DNA of 63,273 nucleotides, the filler included, from Welwitschia mirabilis (Eukaryota): the NCBI GenBank assembly GCA_051453625.1. It is 3 parts of one record of this genome, joined end to end, with 100 filler letters (N's around TTAATTAATTAA, not from the genome) between each part and the next. Parts side by side here need not be neighbours in the genome. Positions count along the whole stretch, not along the records: positions 1 to 30,508 come from JBOZIK010000001.1; 2 more parts are not named here. The stretch is one strand, 5' to 3'. This document shows positions 13,532 to 27,919 of the stretch, one piece after another. The position numbers and the translations under genes are program-made. The notes beneath the pieces are model-generated. The model saw only the letters and a program-made list of their open reading frames with translations. It did no database searches and was not told where the DNA came from. Within the stretch, counting starts at the first letter, position 1. Each line of letters starts with the position of its first letter.

Positions 13532-14390
13532 TGTAAATCTGAATTTGTAACTTCTTCTCATGCATTACCATAAGGATGGAGAACTTCTATCCTTACAAGA
13601 ATAACAAACCCTCCCTAGGTTTTCTAAAACATAAGGGATTGTGATATATTAAGGCTTACAATGAAGTAAGGATGATGTTATGTGGAGGTTTTAGGGTTTG
13701 CTTTGGGCTTCAAGGTACTTAAAAGAAAGCTGAAATAGAAATCCACTTTGATATATAATAGAAAATAAGAAGTAAACTTACACAATATTAAAAATATGGC
13801 ACAAAAGCCTTGTTACCTTGAAGAAAATAATCCTTTTCTAATCAAAGAAGCAGTACAAAGGGCTCATGCATGCCCTAGATATTGTAATAGGATGATGGAA
13901 AAGGTCTCTTTTGTGCTTTAAGAATCCTACAAAGTAGGATAGGAAGAAGTTGGTGTGTAGGATAGGCTGAGCATTGAACTTGCATAAGAAGGATGAAAGC
14001 AATAATGCTCAATGGATCATCATAAAGGCATTACATTCCAAACACAAGGTTTATGGGTGTATTAGATATTTAGGGTTTTAGGGGTTCTACTAAGTCTCAA
14101 ATGATTGTAGGTTGTCCCACATATGGTTTTATAAGTGTTTAGATGCCGAAACTCAAGTTATGATGTTGTTTTAGACATCCAGAAGAGGTCAAGTGCCATA
14201 TCTGAGGATGTCAGATGCTCACCATGCAAAAATTTGCTAACAGTTGGAATTCTAGCAGTTTTGAGAGAGTGACCAAGATTCATGCCTTACTAAGCATGGT
14301 TAGGATATCAAGAAACCAATTGTCATCATCAAGGCATCACTTACGTGCCACATCATGAGATACACCAAAATTCGATCTTTAACACTTACA
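13532..14390. mobile_element. Putative old solo LTR related to 9568-12330
   Basis: TGTAA...TTACA ends and patchy similarity to the 9568-12330 host element; no exact TSD. Confidence 0.3.
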
Positions 14391-14466
14391 AATGTACAAG
14401 GTTTTGGATTCTAGATATGGAGTATTTTACAGCGCTATAACATTTCAAATTCTAGATATAAGTATT

Positions 14467-16484
14467 TGTTGGATCTGAGTAATCGTCAAATTTAGAGAGA
14501 AAAGACACAAAAAGATTTACATGGTAAAACATCAAATGCTAAGGTAAATATCCATGGGAACACAAGGTAGAGCTCCCATTTCAAAGCCAAGCTTACAAAC
14601 AACCCAAAAAGGACTTCAACCTTAAACTCTCAATCTCTTTAGCAAGAATTGCTTTTTGAGCCAAATACTGTCCAAAAACAACTTATGCCCTAAGAAAAGC
14701 TTGAAAGGGGATTAAATAGATGGAACGCAAAACCTTCTAAGATACTCCACACTCGTTCCCTTTAATTTCAAGTATTAATTAACCCCACATAACCTTTAAA
14801 AGACTATGCTAAACCCCAAAGGTGATTATTTTTTCAAAAAAAGACTTCTACAATAATTTTTTTAAATAAAGGGTTTAACAATAAAACATAAAATTACAAT
14901 AGCAATAAATTCGGCTTCACAATATAACAATCTCCCTCTTTAAGTAGACTTCTACTCTCCAAAACGAGCTCTAGCATTTAGCTCCAAGAAATGAAGGTTA
15001 CCCATATGTTTCTACAAGCTCAATGCCAAACATGCAAGAATCATGTTTTTCTCTATCTACTACCTTAGTCAGGAAACAACCAATTTGTGCTTGGTGCCAC
15101 TTCAAGTGATGTATGAAATCCTTACCTCCAAAATGTCTATGATAAACTAGTATTTTACATCATTGTGCTTTGTCCTTGCTTGATATGCAAAATTTTTAGC
15201 TAGGTGAATTGGACTTTGGCTCTAACCACAATCATCTTTTTTGCTGCTTCTACCAAAGCAATATACTTAGCTGCTGTAATAGACAAGATCACCAAACTCT
15301 CCAAATATGGCATTCAACAAACAATACAACCACAAACTATAAAAACAAATCATGTAGTAGACTTTTCAGAATTCATGCAACAAACAACATTTGCATCTGT
15401 ATACCTAACAGGTCTAGAAACGATCCTCCCAAATGTAAGCAAACATGTTAAGTCCCCTTCACATATCAAAGGACCCTTTTGACAACTTCCCAATAAGATC
15501 TTCTAGGATTGTTCACATAGCTAGATACAACTCCTACTACATATGCAATGTCTAGGAATCAAGCCACACTAAGGGCCAATAGCATTCAATACACATACAA
15601 TTAACATCACAACCATTAGCCCCTCTTCTTACACACGAGCCTTGTACATACCATGGCATACATCAAGCTTCCAATAACTATATGTAAGGCACCACTTTCA
15701 TACTTTCTTGCTTCTCGTTAGAACTAGGGAATCCTATGTTGACAATTGAAAACAACCTACAAAGGTGTAGAAATAGGATCACAAGTGGCAATATTAAACC
15801 TTTCCAATACCTTGCCAATGTAATGTATTTGATTTAGCCAAAGTATTCTATTCTTCCTACTTCATTAATTCTCATTCCAAGAATTTTCTTGGGCTTCCTT
15901 ACATATTTTCTAGCAGATTCCTTTGCCATTTCAGCCATCAACTTGATAATCTCATGCAAGTCATTTCCTACAATCAGCATATCATCAACAAAGAGCACCA
16001 AAACAATGATTGATGCTGCAAGAGTTTTATAAAACTAGACACAATGATCAGCTTAAAATTTCTAATTGTTTTGCTACAGCACAAATATATCAAACCTTTT
16101 ATACCACTATCGGGGAGCTTGTTTCAAACCATAAAGACTCCTCTTCAATCCACATACTAGACTTTTAAACCATCATACTGTAATATATCAAACTCTTTTT
16201 CCAAAACGCCATGTAAAAATGTAGTTCTAATACCTAATTGTCTAACTCAACCTCTATGCAAGCAACCATTGCCAAAACAACTTTAAGTAAATATGCTAAA
16301 CAATAGAACAAAAAATCTCATTAAAATCAATACCTTTTTTTATTTTTTTAAATCAAAACCCTTGACTATCATGTGAGCTTTGTACCCCTTCTCTCCATTT
16401 ACTTCCTCCTTAAGTCTGTATATCCACCTATTTTACAAAGCTTTCTTTCCAGATGGTAAGGGGACCAATTCCCAAGCAACAACA
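14467..16484 (-). mobile_element. Truncated Ty1/copia (Tork/Tnt1-like): 3' LTR 14467-14929, PPT, decayed RNase H and RT
   Basis: TGTTGG...TAACA LTR followed by ATCTCCCTCT (reverse complement of the PPT). Minus-strand translation gives LVLFVDDMLIVG (~15970-16000) and WELVPLPSGKKAL..WIYRLK (~16410-16475). Many stops. Confidence 0.8.
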
Positions 16485-16703
16485 TATCGCCCTTTTTTAT
16501 TTTCCAAAATGTCTGTGAGTCGGTCGCCTTTTTTAAAAATTCAGCAACAAGTCACTAGTCAAAAAGTGGATAACATGTCACCAATTTTTTTTCAAAAAAC
16601 TCACAAACAGTAAGGGTTAAGACCTAGTTTTTTCTGCTCTGCAAAAAAACAATTCATTTCAAAGGGGCAAAATTTGCTTTTTTCAGCACAAATTTCATCT
16701 ACT

Positions 16704-17730
16704 TGTTAGGATCTTATGGCACCCTGGAGGGGTGAATAGGTAAAGATTAAAACTTTTGCAACTAACTGTGAAGAATGGTAATTAAAAAATTCAAAAAAAA
16801 TAAAGAAATTATGCACCAGCAATTTATAGTGGTTCAGCCTAAAGCCTACTCCACTCTCATGAGGCAGCAACTGCTTTCAGCCTCCTTGTTCCATTAATTC
16901 CAAAGTTTACTTACAACATTCCTATCACCAAGGATCTTTTTAAGCTTTTACACCAGGCTCAACTCAGTAAGCGATTTCCAAAAAAATACAAGAGTGAAAC
17001 CTGATGATGTAGTGCCTTATGTCTATGTATAATACATCAGCTTGAAGAACAAAATAAGAGATCCTCTAAAGAGAGAGAGTTGCTCAGTGTGGTACAGGGA
17101 AGAAGAAGAACGGCACTAGTTTGAGTACGTTCACTTGACAAAATGATATCACGACAGTTTTGCTTGTCAAAGTCTCAAAAGGTGTCCTTGACAAATGATT
17201 GTTACAAATTTATAGAGCTCTTTAGGAAAAAAACTGTTGAGAACCACGTAGAGAGTGTCTCTGATGTTGGTTAGTGTGCCAAGGGAATATTTGAGATGTT
17301 GGTGCCTTGATTTCTTGGAATCGAAGTTCTAACAAGTAGCTTTCCACACCCACATTCGTCTTATCGGGTGTCCCATATGAAAAATCTGGATGTCCCAATT
17401 TTAAAGCTGGATTTTTGATAAAACTAAGAGGGGCAATAGACATCTCAGAATAACAAGCCGAACATCCCAGTATAATAGGATAAGGCCCGAACGTCCCAGA
17501 TTCACAAGGTGGATGTCCCCATACAAGAAGCTACATACAGGGCCAGATGTCCTAGTTTCACAAGGCGGACGTCCCCATACAAGAAGCAGCATACAAGGCC
17601 AGATGTTCCAGTTTCATAGGGCAGACATCCCAGAATAATAGGGTCACTCAGTTTATCTCAGACTACTAGGATTTGTTGCCTTTCCCTAATCTTGCAACAT
17701 AAGTAATCATTGAAATATAATTCTCCAACA
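16704..17730 (-). repeat. 3' LTR of element B
   Basis: TGTTAGGATC...TTCTCCAACA, followed by ATCTCCCCCTTTT (reverse complement of the PPT); collinear with 36824-37889. Confidence 0.93.
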
Positions 17731-18500
17731 ATCTCCCCCTTTTCAATGATGACAATCTTCATGAGATCTTTGGACAAGAGAATCCAGAAGGTTGATTTCA
17801 TATTGATTTACTCCCCCTAAATTTGTGCTCTCCTTTCAGAACTTAATAATAAAAAAATCAAGTCACATTCATTGGATGGGAAATGAGATTCTTGCAACAT
17901 AGTATATTTGTACATACAATATATCTAGCAAATATTGATATCTGTAGTTAGCTTCATATATCAAAAAAAAAATAATAAAATGCACATGTGGGCATTAACA
18001 AAAATAAAAAGCTCATATTTTTTAGCCCTTTGTTATCAGTGAAAACCAATTGAAGACACTGATTAAAACACAAAAACAGTTTCTATAAGATGATTACAAA
18101 AGATTGGTACAAACAGGGGTGGAGAAGATTTGAGTACAAAAATGAAAGAGGTGAAGGTGGAAGAAGAAGAAGAAGAAGAAGAAGAGGAATTTGAGCTGAG
18201 GAGTCATCAGATGCCGAAGTTGTTGGTAACTCTCCTTCTTCTTCCTCTTCATCAGAGCCAAGTGGTATTTCCAGTCCATATGCTAACAAACCAAAAACAA
18301 TTTTGTCCACCTTGTGATGTACCTTTTCAGCTATAGCTAAAGCTTTGAGTCTTCATTTAAAACGGATCCACTAGATGTACCTTCTTCAATCCTTCGCTTT
18401 TTTTTTTTTTGGGAAGAGGACGAGATGTCCCAATGTCAACAAAGATGTTCATCTTTTTTAGATAATATAGCCCAAGGGGCTTGGGCACCTTAACCATTTC

Positions 18501-19697
18501 TATTAGGATCGAAAGGCACCCTTTTGGGTGGGGGTGTGAATAGGGTATTTTAAAACTATTTCGTATTAACAACAAATTCATATCTGCATATCATAGAAAT
18601 AACATAAAGAATCATAGAAGGAAGCAAATAACAAGTGCACTGGATTTATAGTGGTTCGACAATCCTTGCGTACTCCACTCACAAAGGGCAGCAACGTGCT
18701 TTCAGCCTCCTGGTTCCCTTAAAAACACCTAACTACTTGGGCACAATACAACACCCTTTTCCAAGGGTTACAACCAATCCCTTCACATGGGATGCACAGG
18801 CTCACTCCAATGAGCCACTAGAAAGTGTGGATAGCAAGAAGTCTGATGGTGTGAGGGCCTTTAGCACAGTACATCAGCAAGTGATAGCAGAATCTCCAAA
18901 TACAAAAGATAACCAGATGAAGTTCAGATAGTACATGAATCTCAGAGTTTAGTCCATACAAATTAAAGCATTAGTCATTATAAGATGAGGATCTAGCTTT
19001 TTATAGCCTAAGGGTTACAAGATAGCTGTTGGAGCCTCAGGTTTGAAGCCCTAGTCATTTATTACACAACCCTAGCCGTTTGGATTTCATAGAGTGTCAC
19101 TTTGGCGTCTACAATGGTTATATTTTCGCTTCAACATTCACTGAGTCGGATGTCCCATACTTTTGGATCAGATGTCCCGGTTGTAATGCCAGATTCCTCT
19201 CAAAACCAAGAAGGATCCTGAACATCCCATTTCAGAGCTCAGACGTCCCCATAGATTTGGCCGAATACAGAGTCAAGACATTCCAATACGAATCTCGGAC
19301 GTCCCCATACTTNNNNNNNNNNNNNNNNNNNNNNNNNNNNNNNNNNNNNNNNNNNNNNNNNNNNNNNNNNNNNNNNNNNNNNNNNNNNNNNNNNNNNNNN
19401 NNNNNNNNNNNNAGAGTCAAGACATTCCAATACGAATCTCGGACGTCCCCATACTTGATTCCCGCATACAAGGGCGGACATCGTGGTGACAGAGCTCAGA
19501 CGTCCCTATAGGGTCGGACATCCCACTGATAATTCTCAGACGTCCCCATACATTTTACCGCGTATAGGGATGCACGTCCCATACAATTGGTCGCACGTCC
19601 CGGTTGGCACAACTTTTGATTTTCAAGATTTTGGTGAAGCCAATGCCCAAACTTAGACATCATTGAAACCTTGGATGCTTCCACAGATTCTTCCACA
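18501..19697 (-). repeat. 3' LTR of element A
   Basis: TATTAGGATC...TTCCACA followed by the PPT complement; roughly 90% identical by eye to 25554-26605. Confidence 0.93.
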
Positions 19698-19752
19698 ATC
19701 TCCACCTTTTCAATGCTGACAACCTTGTTCAGAAATTTGTTGAAAGATAGAG

Positions 19753-19840
19753 TGGATTACTCCCCCTGAAGTTGTGCTCCTTGATTGACCTGTGATCTGG
19801 ATTACTCCCCCTGAAGTTGTGCTCCTTGATTGACCTGTGA
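19753..19840. repeat. 45-bp tandem duplication of a PPT-containing unit
   Basis: TGGATTACTCCCCCTGAAGTTGTGCTCCTTGATTGACCTGTGA occurs twice with period 45. Confidence 0.9.
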
Positions 19841-20209
19841 ACTGCGCGAATTGATAACAAACGAAAGGCCTTTGCAGATGGTTTAGTGTAGTAGTGTTTT
19901 ATCAAAATTAAAATCATACATTGTAGCCTGAGAATTGTCAGAGATAAGCACAATATTTTAGAATTGGAAAGCATATTTGATGACCAGAATTCATAATTGA
20001 ATTAAATAAATCAATCTGTCACTCTAGTGTCTTCTACCCCTTTGTCATTATTGAAAAGCAAGTAAATAAAAATAACACACAAAGATTTGAGATGAGGAAA
20101 AGTGAACATATTGTATTCATTACACTTGTAATTACAACAGAGTTTTGAGATGAGATTGTACAACACAAAATGGAGATAAGCATCAGAAGGAGTACAAAAA
20201 GAGAGAGAA

Positions 20210-21290
20210 TGAGAGGACATGAAGATTAAGAAGATGAATCATCATGCTCAGAAGCAGCTGGTTCCTCCTCTTCTTCCTATAACCCGAGAGGAATCTCCAA
20301 ACCCTATGCAGACAAACCAAATACTATACGGTCCACTCTTCTGCATAGTTTGTCGGTGGTCTTCTGAGCCTAGAGAGCTATCTCTTTTACTACAAGTAGT
20401 TCCTTCATGAAGTCTTCATTGCTCAGTTGTCCTGAACTGGTACTTCCTCTATTCATTGTTTCTTCTTTGGAGGAGGAGAGCGAACAATGACTTCAAAAAG
20501 AATGTTCATTTTCTTCAAGGAGTAAAGCCCAAGAGGCTTGGGCACCTTTACCATCTCTTCATCTTTCTGAATAGCAAAATCATGACTTTCCAAAATAGTT
20601 GTACTCAAGCCGCTGAAAGGAAGACTATTGTTACCGGCTAGAATAAACTAAGTCATATAGAACATAATAAATTTACACAAATTGATATGAACTCCTATGC
20701 CAAGACAGAATAAAATATATGCACAAATAGGAGAGACTTCATCTTTATGTCCAAGGTTTGGTACAAGATTATGAGTAGATATCTGAAATAGCACTCTGTA
20801 AAACAAAGTTAATTTGTTTGTGAAAAGGTTGGCACACTAATGAAAGTTGGTCCCACAATGTTTTGTTATCAATACTTCAAGAGAAACTGCTTCTTTTAAA
20901 AAATTGACAGAAGTAATCTCTCTAAACATACCTTCATTTGGAAAATTGGTCACTAAAGAGATTGACTCCAGGTTCACATCGACTCTTCTCCCATACACTT
21001 TGGTGGTAATAAACCAGTTTGACGAATGAAAATGGGCATTGCAATAAAATAAACGTACCATTCTGGTAGATGCCTGGGTATCTAGGTCCAAAGCATACTG
21101 CTAGCCTTGCTCTTCGAATTTGTCAAGAATTGGGACCTCTCTTCTGAACAACTAGAAGTCTATTTGTTGTTGAGGCGCCAAAGGTCTCTTATTGTAATCA
21201 GCAAACCAAGCTTTTCTATGGTCAAGAGACAAGAACCATTTAGGCTCTTTCACCTTCTTGGAGACTCCAATCTTGCTTCTGATCATGATG
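20210..21290 (-). pseudogene. Decayed env-like extra ORF of element A
   Basis: Lies between RNase H and the 3' LTR in element sense; MVRLFYCNA...ITTKVYGRRVDVNLESISLVTNFPNEG; homologous remnants in four other copies. Confidence 0.7.
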
Positions 21291-21719
21291 ACTAGGCTCC
21301 AGAATCTAAAAAGAAGACAAGAAAGGCAAGAGAGAAGAGAATAACTGAAAATGAAGGAAGTTTGCCTTTTAAAGACAGAGAGAACAATGGGCGTCTTGCT
21401 AGGGTTGCGTTTGCGTTATCGAGCGGACGTCCAAAATTTTAAGGTCGGACGTCTGGGTTATAACCCAATTTTTTTATTTAAAAACTAAAAAAGGTTAGAC
21501 GTGCAAGAATAGAGATGGGACATTCGGGTTACTACTAGGCTCGGGATGTCCGGATGCTAAGTCGAGATGTCCGGGTGCAAGAAAAGATCAAATTTTAGAA
21601 AACACCCAAAAAGAGAAAAAGTTCACCAAAAAAACAATTAAGATCACTTTAATGATAGATTTTCTCAGGGAAGCACATATAAACAAATAACGACTGATTT
21701 ACTGGGAAAGAGGGCAAGG

Positions 21720-24700
21720 CCCTATACCCAGATTTCTTCTAAGAAAAGTAAATCTTTCTTCAAATAATCTTTCAACCATTATGTCAGTGATTTGATCATG
21801 GGTGACACATGTTCTAGTTTAATTATTTTATTTTGCACCTGCTCTATGACGAAATGATGTCTAATATCAATGTGTTTGGTTCTTGAGTGTTAGACTGGAT
21901 TTTTGATGATGTTTATTGCACTTGTATTGTCACAAAATAATTTTATCAAATTTGGTTTGACACCAAAATCCAAAAGCATTTGTTTCATCCATAAGAGTTG
22001 AGCACAATAGGCTCCTGCAGCAATGTACTCAGCTTTTGCAGTCAATAGAGATGTAAAGTTTTGTTTTCTACTGAGCCAAGACACTAAACAATTTCCCATA
22101 TAAAAACATGCCCCACTAGTACTCTTGTGATCATCGACACAACCTACCGAATTAGCGTCACTATACCCAGCTAATTCTATGGAGGTGTCGAAAGGATACC
22201 AAAGACCATAATGTTGAGTTGATTTCAGGTATCTTAGAATCCTTTTCATGCAAATCAAATGAGATTCTTTTGGCTTAGCTTGATAGCGAGCACAAACTCC
22301 TACACTGTGTGCTATATCGGGCCTACTTGTTGTGATCGACATGCTTACCAGTNNNNNNNNNNNNNNNNNNNNNNNNNNNNNNNNNNNNNNNNNNNNNNNN
22401 NNNNNNNNNNNNNNNNNNNNNNNNNNNNNNNNNNNNNNNNNNNNNNNNNNNNNNNNNNNNNNNNNNNNNNNNNNNNNNNNNNNNNNNNNNNNNNNNNNNN
22501 NNNNNNNNNNNNNNNNNNNNNNNNNNNNNNNNNNNNNNNNNNNNNNNNNNNNNNNNNNNNNNNNNNNNNNNNNNNNNNNNNNNNNNNNNNNNNNNNNNNN
22601 NNNNNNNNNNNNNNNNNNNNNNNNNNNNNNNNNNNNNNNNNNNNNNNNNNNNNNNNNNNNNNNNNNNNNNNNNNNNNNNNNNNNNNNNNNNNNNNNNNNN
22701 NNNNNNNNNNNNNNNNNNNNNNNNNNNNNNNNNNNNNNNNNNNNNNNNNNNNNNNNNNNNNNNNNNNNNNNNNNNNNNNNNNNNNNNNNNNNNNNNNNNN
22801 NNNNNNNNNNNNNNNNNNNNNNNNNNNNNNNNNNNNNNNNNNNNNNNNNNNNNNNNNNNNNNNNNNNNNNNNNNNNNNNNNNNNNNNNNNNNNNNNNNNN
22901 NNNNNNNNNNNNNNNNNNNNNNNNNNNNNNNNNNNNNNNNNNNNNNNNNNNNNNNNNNNNNNNNNNNNNNNNNNNNNNNNNNNNNNNNNNNNNNNNNNNN
23001 NGCTTTATTTTGAATAACATTGTGATTTTTATCCTTTTTGTTCTTAAAAATCCATTTAGTTTCAATTATGTGTTTACCCTTGGGTGAGGCACAAGATCCC
23101 AAACTTGATTTCATTTAAAATGGGTTAATTCCTATTGCATGGCCAACATCCACAATTCATCTTGCTTGGCTTCTTGGAAGGTTTTAAGTTCTAAGGTAGA
23201 GAGAAAAATAGAAAGTTGTTATGACCTTCATGCTTCTTCTTATTATTCCTTGATCAAGGTTACTTATGACATTTTCTTGAGGATGATAACTTTTGGTTCT
23301 CAAGGGTAGGGTAGAATGTTTCTTAACTTGCTCCTTTTCATTCGTGAAAGAACTATTGTTGATTTTAGAAGAGGTGGGTTCAACAAGAATAGTATCTTCA
23401 CTATCATCAGATGTTGGTTCAATGTTATAGACATCACCAATCTTGGCAAAATAATAATCCTTACTTGACTTGANNNNNNNNNNNNNNNNNNNNNNNNNNN
23501 NNNNNNNNNNNNNNNNNNNNNNNNNNNNNNNNNNNNNNNNNNNNNNNNNNNNAACACACTTGTCTTGGTGAAATGAAACAATATTGCCTCTATCACATAT
23601 TTGGGATATACTTAGAAGATTGTGTTTCAGGCCGTTGACTAGGTACACATCATGAATAGTTGGATGATTACCATTAGCATTCACAGTGCCCTTTGCAACA
23701 ATGAACCCCTTACTGTTGTCACCAACGTCACTTCCCCACTGTTATACTCTTAAAATGATGAGAACAGGTTCTTATCTCCTGTCATGTGCCTAGAACACCC
23801 ACTATCTAAATACCACAAAGTTTGTTCTTGGGCTTTAAAAGAAGCACGCGCAAAGAGTAAGGGTAACTTCTTTCTAACCCGCTAAGGTTTGACTTGTCGA
23901 TGTTGAGAGGGGTTTTTCTGACAAATCTGAAACCATAGTTTAAATTAAAGTAAAGCGATTTCTTATAGGGAGAGGCAAATTGAACGTGACTATGTTTGTT
24001 GCAAAAATAACATTTGAGGCTAGTTTTGGTAAAGGTTTCATATTTCGTGCTAGGCCCAAAGTTTAGTAAGACACGAGAATTAGTTGTGTTATAGCCAAGC
24101 CCTAACTTGTCCTAAGGATTGCATCCTGAACCCAACAATTTGTTTAGATTGTCATTTCCTCTAATTAAACGAGTTGCGATAACTTTAGCATCTTGAAGTT
24201 TAAGGGTTAAAGACTTAATTTTTGAGTTTGCCTCTTTTAATTTACATTCTAAAATATCAATCCTTTTTTTGAAAGAATCATTTTTCTTTTCTAAGCTAAC
24301 GCTAAATCAATATAATTTCTCATAAGCGTCTAGAATTTCCTCAACATCTAGATCATCATAAGCAAGAGAGAGATTTTCAGAAAATTCATGTCTAGAACTA
24401 GAAGCATTATCAATATTCAATTGACTAGAAGGAGTGGATGTACTTACCTCGTCTGTTACAGCAAGAAGTCTGAAATTCACAATGTCATCCTTATCGCTTG
24501 AGTCAATTCGTTCATCATCTGACTCGTCCCATGTAGCTTTGAACACTTTCTTTCCCTTGTCTCTTTTGTCCTTTTTGTTGTTTGCAAAATCTGCAACTAC
24601 ATGACCAAAACCTTTGCATTCATAACATTGAATAGATCGAGAAGATTTCTTACTTTTGTCCATTTTACCTTTCATCAGTTGTTTGGAGAATTTTGAATCC

Positions 24701-25490
24701 TTCTTCTTGCACAAGAACTGTTTAAAATTTTTGGTAAGGAGAGCTAGATCTTCAAGAAGGTTGTCTTCACTTGAGCTACTGTCAAATGAATCCTCAGTTG
24801 CCTTTAGTGCAAGGCTTTTCCATTTTGGTGTTTCATCATCTGGAACTACAGTCGCTTCGTAGGCCATCAAGGATCCTTTCAATTCTTCTACCTTCATCCT
24901 ATGTATATCCTTGCTTGCTTCAATCGCATTTATTTTAGGTCTAAACTTCAAACTAAAGCTTCTTAGAATTCTTCTTACCACTCAATTCTCAAGTATTCTT
25001 TCACCCAAACCCCACATGTTGTTGACTATGTTACTGATCTTGGTTGTAATTCTGCCCCTGATTCTGATTCTTCCATCCTGATATTTTCAAATTTGGTGGC
25101 AAGAAGTTGGAGCTTTGAATTCTTTATAATGTTCGTCCCTTCATATGCCACTTTCNNNNNNNNNNNNNNNNNNNNNNNNNNNNNNNNNNNNNNNNNNNNN
25201 NNNNNNNNNNNNNNNNNNNNNNNNNNNNNNNNNNNNNNNNNNNNNNNNNNNNNNNNNNNNNNNNNNNNNNNNNNNNNNNNNNNNNNNNNNNNNNNNNNNN
25301 NNNNNNNNNNNNNNNNNNNNNNNNNNATCTTTGTAGGAGGTTGGTATCCAGACTCTACCAAATCCCAAATATGTGGATAGAGGGATGTCAAACAGATGCT
25401 CATCTTGGACTTCTAGTGGGTGTAGTTGTTTCCGTCAAAGAAGGGTGGTCTGGATACTGCATGACCTTCTGAGTGACTTGAGGATGTGGT
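21720..25490 (-). pseudogene. Decayed gag-pol of element A
   Basis: ORF-track fragments 24307-24981 (gag, zinc knuckle), 23184-23684 (GLKHNLLSISQ) and 21890-23065 (RT/RNase H). Confidence 0.9.
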
Positions 25491-25553
25491 GAATCTACCT
25501 AAAAAAGAGCACACAAATACACTAATCTAGAGCAACCAGGCTCTAATAACAAT

Positions 25554-26605
25554 TATTAGGATCGAAAGGCATGGGGATTAGAGTATTTTAAAACTATTTC
25601 ATATTAACAACAAATTCAGATCTGCACATCAATAGAAATAAAATAAAGAAGCAAAAATAGAAGCAAATAACAAGTGCACCAGATTTATAGTGGTTCGACA
25701 ATCCTTGCCTATTCCACTCACGGGGGCAGCAACGTGCTTCCAGCCTCCTGGTTCCCTTAAAAGCATCCAACAACTTGGGCACAATACAACACCTTTCTCT
25801 AAGGGTTATAACCAATCCCTTCACACGGGATGCACAGGCTCACTCCAATGAGCCACAAGAAAGTGTAGATAGCAAGAGGTCTGATGGTGTGAGTGCCTTC
25901 AGCATAGTACATCAGCAAGTGACAGCAGAATCTCCAAATACAAAAGATATCCAGATGAAGTTTAGATAGTACATGAATCTCAGAGTTTAATAAATACAAA
26001 TTTGAGCATTAGTCATTACAAGATGAGGATCTGGCTTTTTATATCCTAAGGGTTACAAGATAGTTGTTGGAGCCTCAGGTTTGAATCCCTAGATGTTTAT
26101 TACACAACCCTAATTGTTTGGATTTCGAAAAGCATCACTTTGGCGGCTACAACAGTTATATTTCCGCTTCAACATTCATTGAGCCGAACATCCCATACTT
26201 TTGGACCAGACGTCCGATTGTAATGCCAGATTCCTGTCAAAACCGAGAAGGATCCCAAACGTCCCATTTCAAAGCTTGGACGTCCCCATAGATTTGGCCG
26301 AATACAGAGTCGGACATCCCAATAGGAATCTAGGACATCCCCCCACTTGATTTTCGCATATAGGGGCGGACGTCCCAGTGACAGAGCTCAGACGTCCCCA
26401 TATATTTTACCATGTACAGGGTTGGACATTCCACTGATAATTCTCGGACATCCCCATACATTTTACCGCATACAGGGGCAGATGTCCCATATAATTGGCC
26501 AGACATCCTGGTTGGCACAACTTCTGATTTTCAAGATTTTGGTGAAGCCAGTACCCAAACTTAGACATCATTGAAACCTTGGATGCTTCCACAGATTCTT
26601 TCACA
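25554..26605 (-). repeat. 5' LTR of element A
   Basis: Adjacent to the PBS complement GCTCTAATAACA; collinear with 18501-19697. Confidence 0.93.
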
Positions 26606-27919
26606 ATTTCTTCATTCTTATCCACTACAAATTGATGATTCTCAAGAATTGCAGTAATAAGCTCACCAAATGGTAAACTTGAGTAGCTGGCTATTAAGAA
26701 TTGACTGATACAGAACATTATGAATTTGCATCAATTTATTTTTACTCTAATACCAAGACAATGTAAAATGTAAGCACATAATGGAGAAACTTCATCTTTA
26801 TGCCCCAGTTTAAGCACCAAATTGTGAGTGGAAATTTGAAACACAACCCCGTAAAATGGTTTCAGTTGATCTATTGCAATGTTTGCTCTCCAACTCACAT
26901 TTTTTCCACATAATTCAGTAGTTAAAGTANNNNNNNNNNNNNNNNNNNNNNNNNNNNNNNNNNNNNNNNNNNNNNNNNNNNNNNNNNNNNNNNNNNNNNN
27001 NNNNNNNNNNNNNNNNNNNNNNNNNNNNNGTATCCTTACAAAATAGCTTCTTGCAATGAGTTGACTGATGTAATTTCTCGAAAGAGACCTTCATTAGGGT
27101 ACCCAGTAACAAAAGAGACTATCTCTAAATCTACCTCAACTATTCTTCCAAACACTTTGGTTGTAATTTTCCATGCATTAAAATCAAAAATCGCATTGCA
27201 ATAGAACAAATGTACCATTCTTATGAAAACCCTGGCGTCTGGGCTTAAAGCATATAGTTAGCCTTTTTCTTGAAATTTGTGAGCTATCTTGACTTTATGC
27301 CGAAAAGACTAATAGTCAATCTTTCGTTCAAGAGCAATGGATCTTTTAAAAAAATCATCAAACCAGGACTTTCTGTGCTCTAGAAAAAGGGATCATTCTT
27401 CTTCAGAAGCAGGTTCTTTTCCTTTTCTGGAGGCAGTTAGCTTGCTTCTCACCAGGATGAAAGACCAAAAGTTCCAAGGAGAGAGAGGAGGGTGAGATGG
27501 TAGAATGAAAATGACAAACTTTTGGGCTTTGGGGGTTAATAAACCCCAGATGAAGTGCGGGTTGTCCTGCACTTTTGCGCCTACGTAAACGACAAATGTC
27601 TAGATTATAATCAAGAAAATTTTCAAAAACAATTTAAGAGCAAATGTCCAGGATTTTGAGATGGGACGTTCGGCTTTTAAATCAAGTCAACAAATAAATT
27701 AAAAGACAAGCAGACGTCTGGGATGCCAATATGGGATGTCTGTGATTAAGACAGATTCAATCTAAGTAAGTACTATTAAAGATAGTGTGAAGAGAAATTG
27801 ATCAAACATGAGTGTTCTTCCAAAATTGATCAGACATGAGTGTTCTTCCAAAATTAACAAAGATAATTTTAGGGAATATACAATGTTAGCATTAGTATAT
27901 CTCGAGTAAATAAGTTCAT

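Larger units (their letters stand above)
18501..26605 (-). mobile_element. SIRE-like Ty1/copia ('element A') nested in the env-like region of element B
   Basis: LTRs 18501-19697 and 25554-26605; exact TSD ATTTC (18496-18500, 26606-26610); degenerate PBS 25540-25551; gag with zinc knuckle (CYECKGFGH), WYLDSGCSRHMTG, RT and RNase H (RPDIAH, DNTSAI). Integrase is missing or hidden in the 23474-23552 gap. Confidence 0.95.

Noticed and set aside
18083..18336. Poly-Glu/Leu/Phe ORFs over a (GAA)n tract
   Set aside because: Microsatellite in the decayed tail of element B's env-like ORF, not an independent gene.
27796..27856. Short tandem duplications (28 bp here; 22 bp at ~1586-1625; 45358-45420)
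   Set aside because: Ordinary slippage or repair duplications within decayed TEs.
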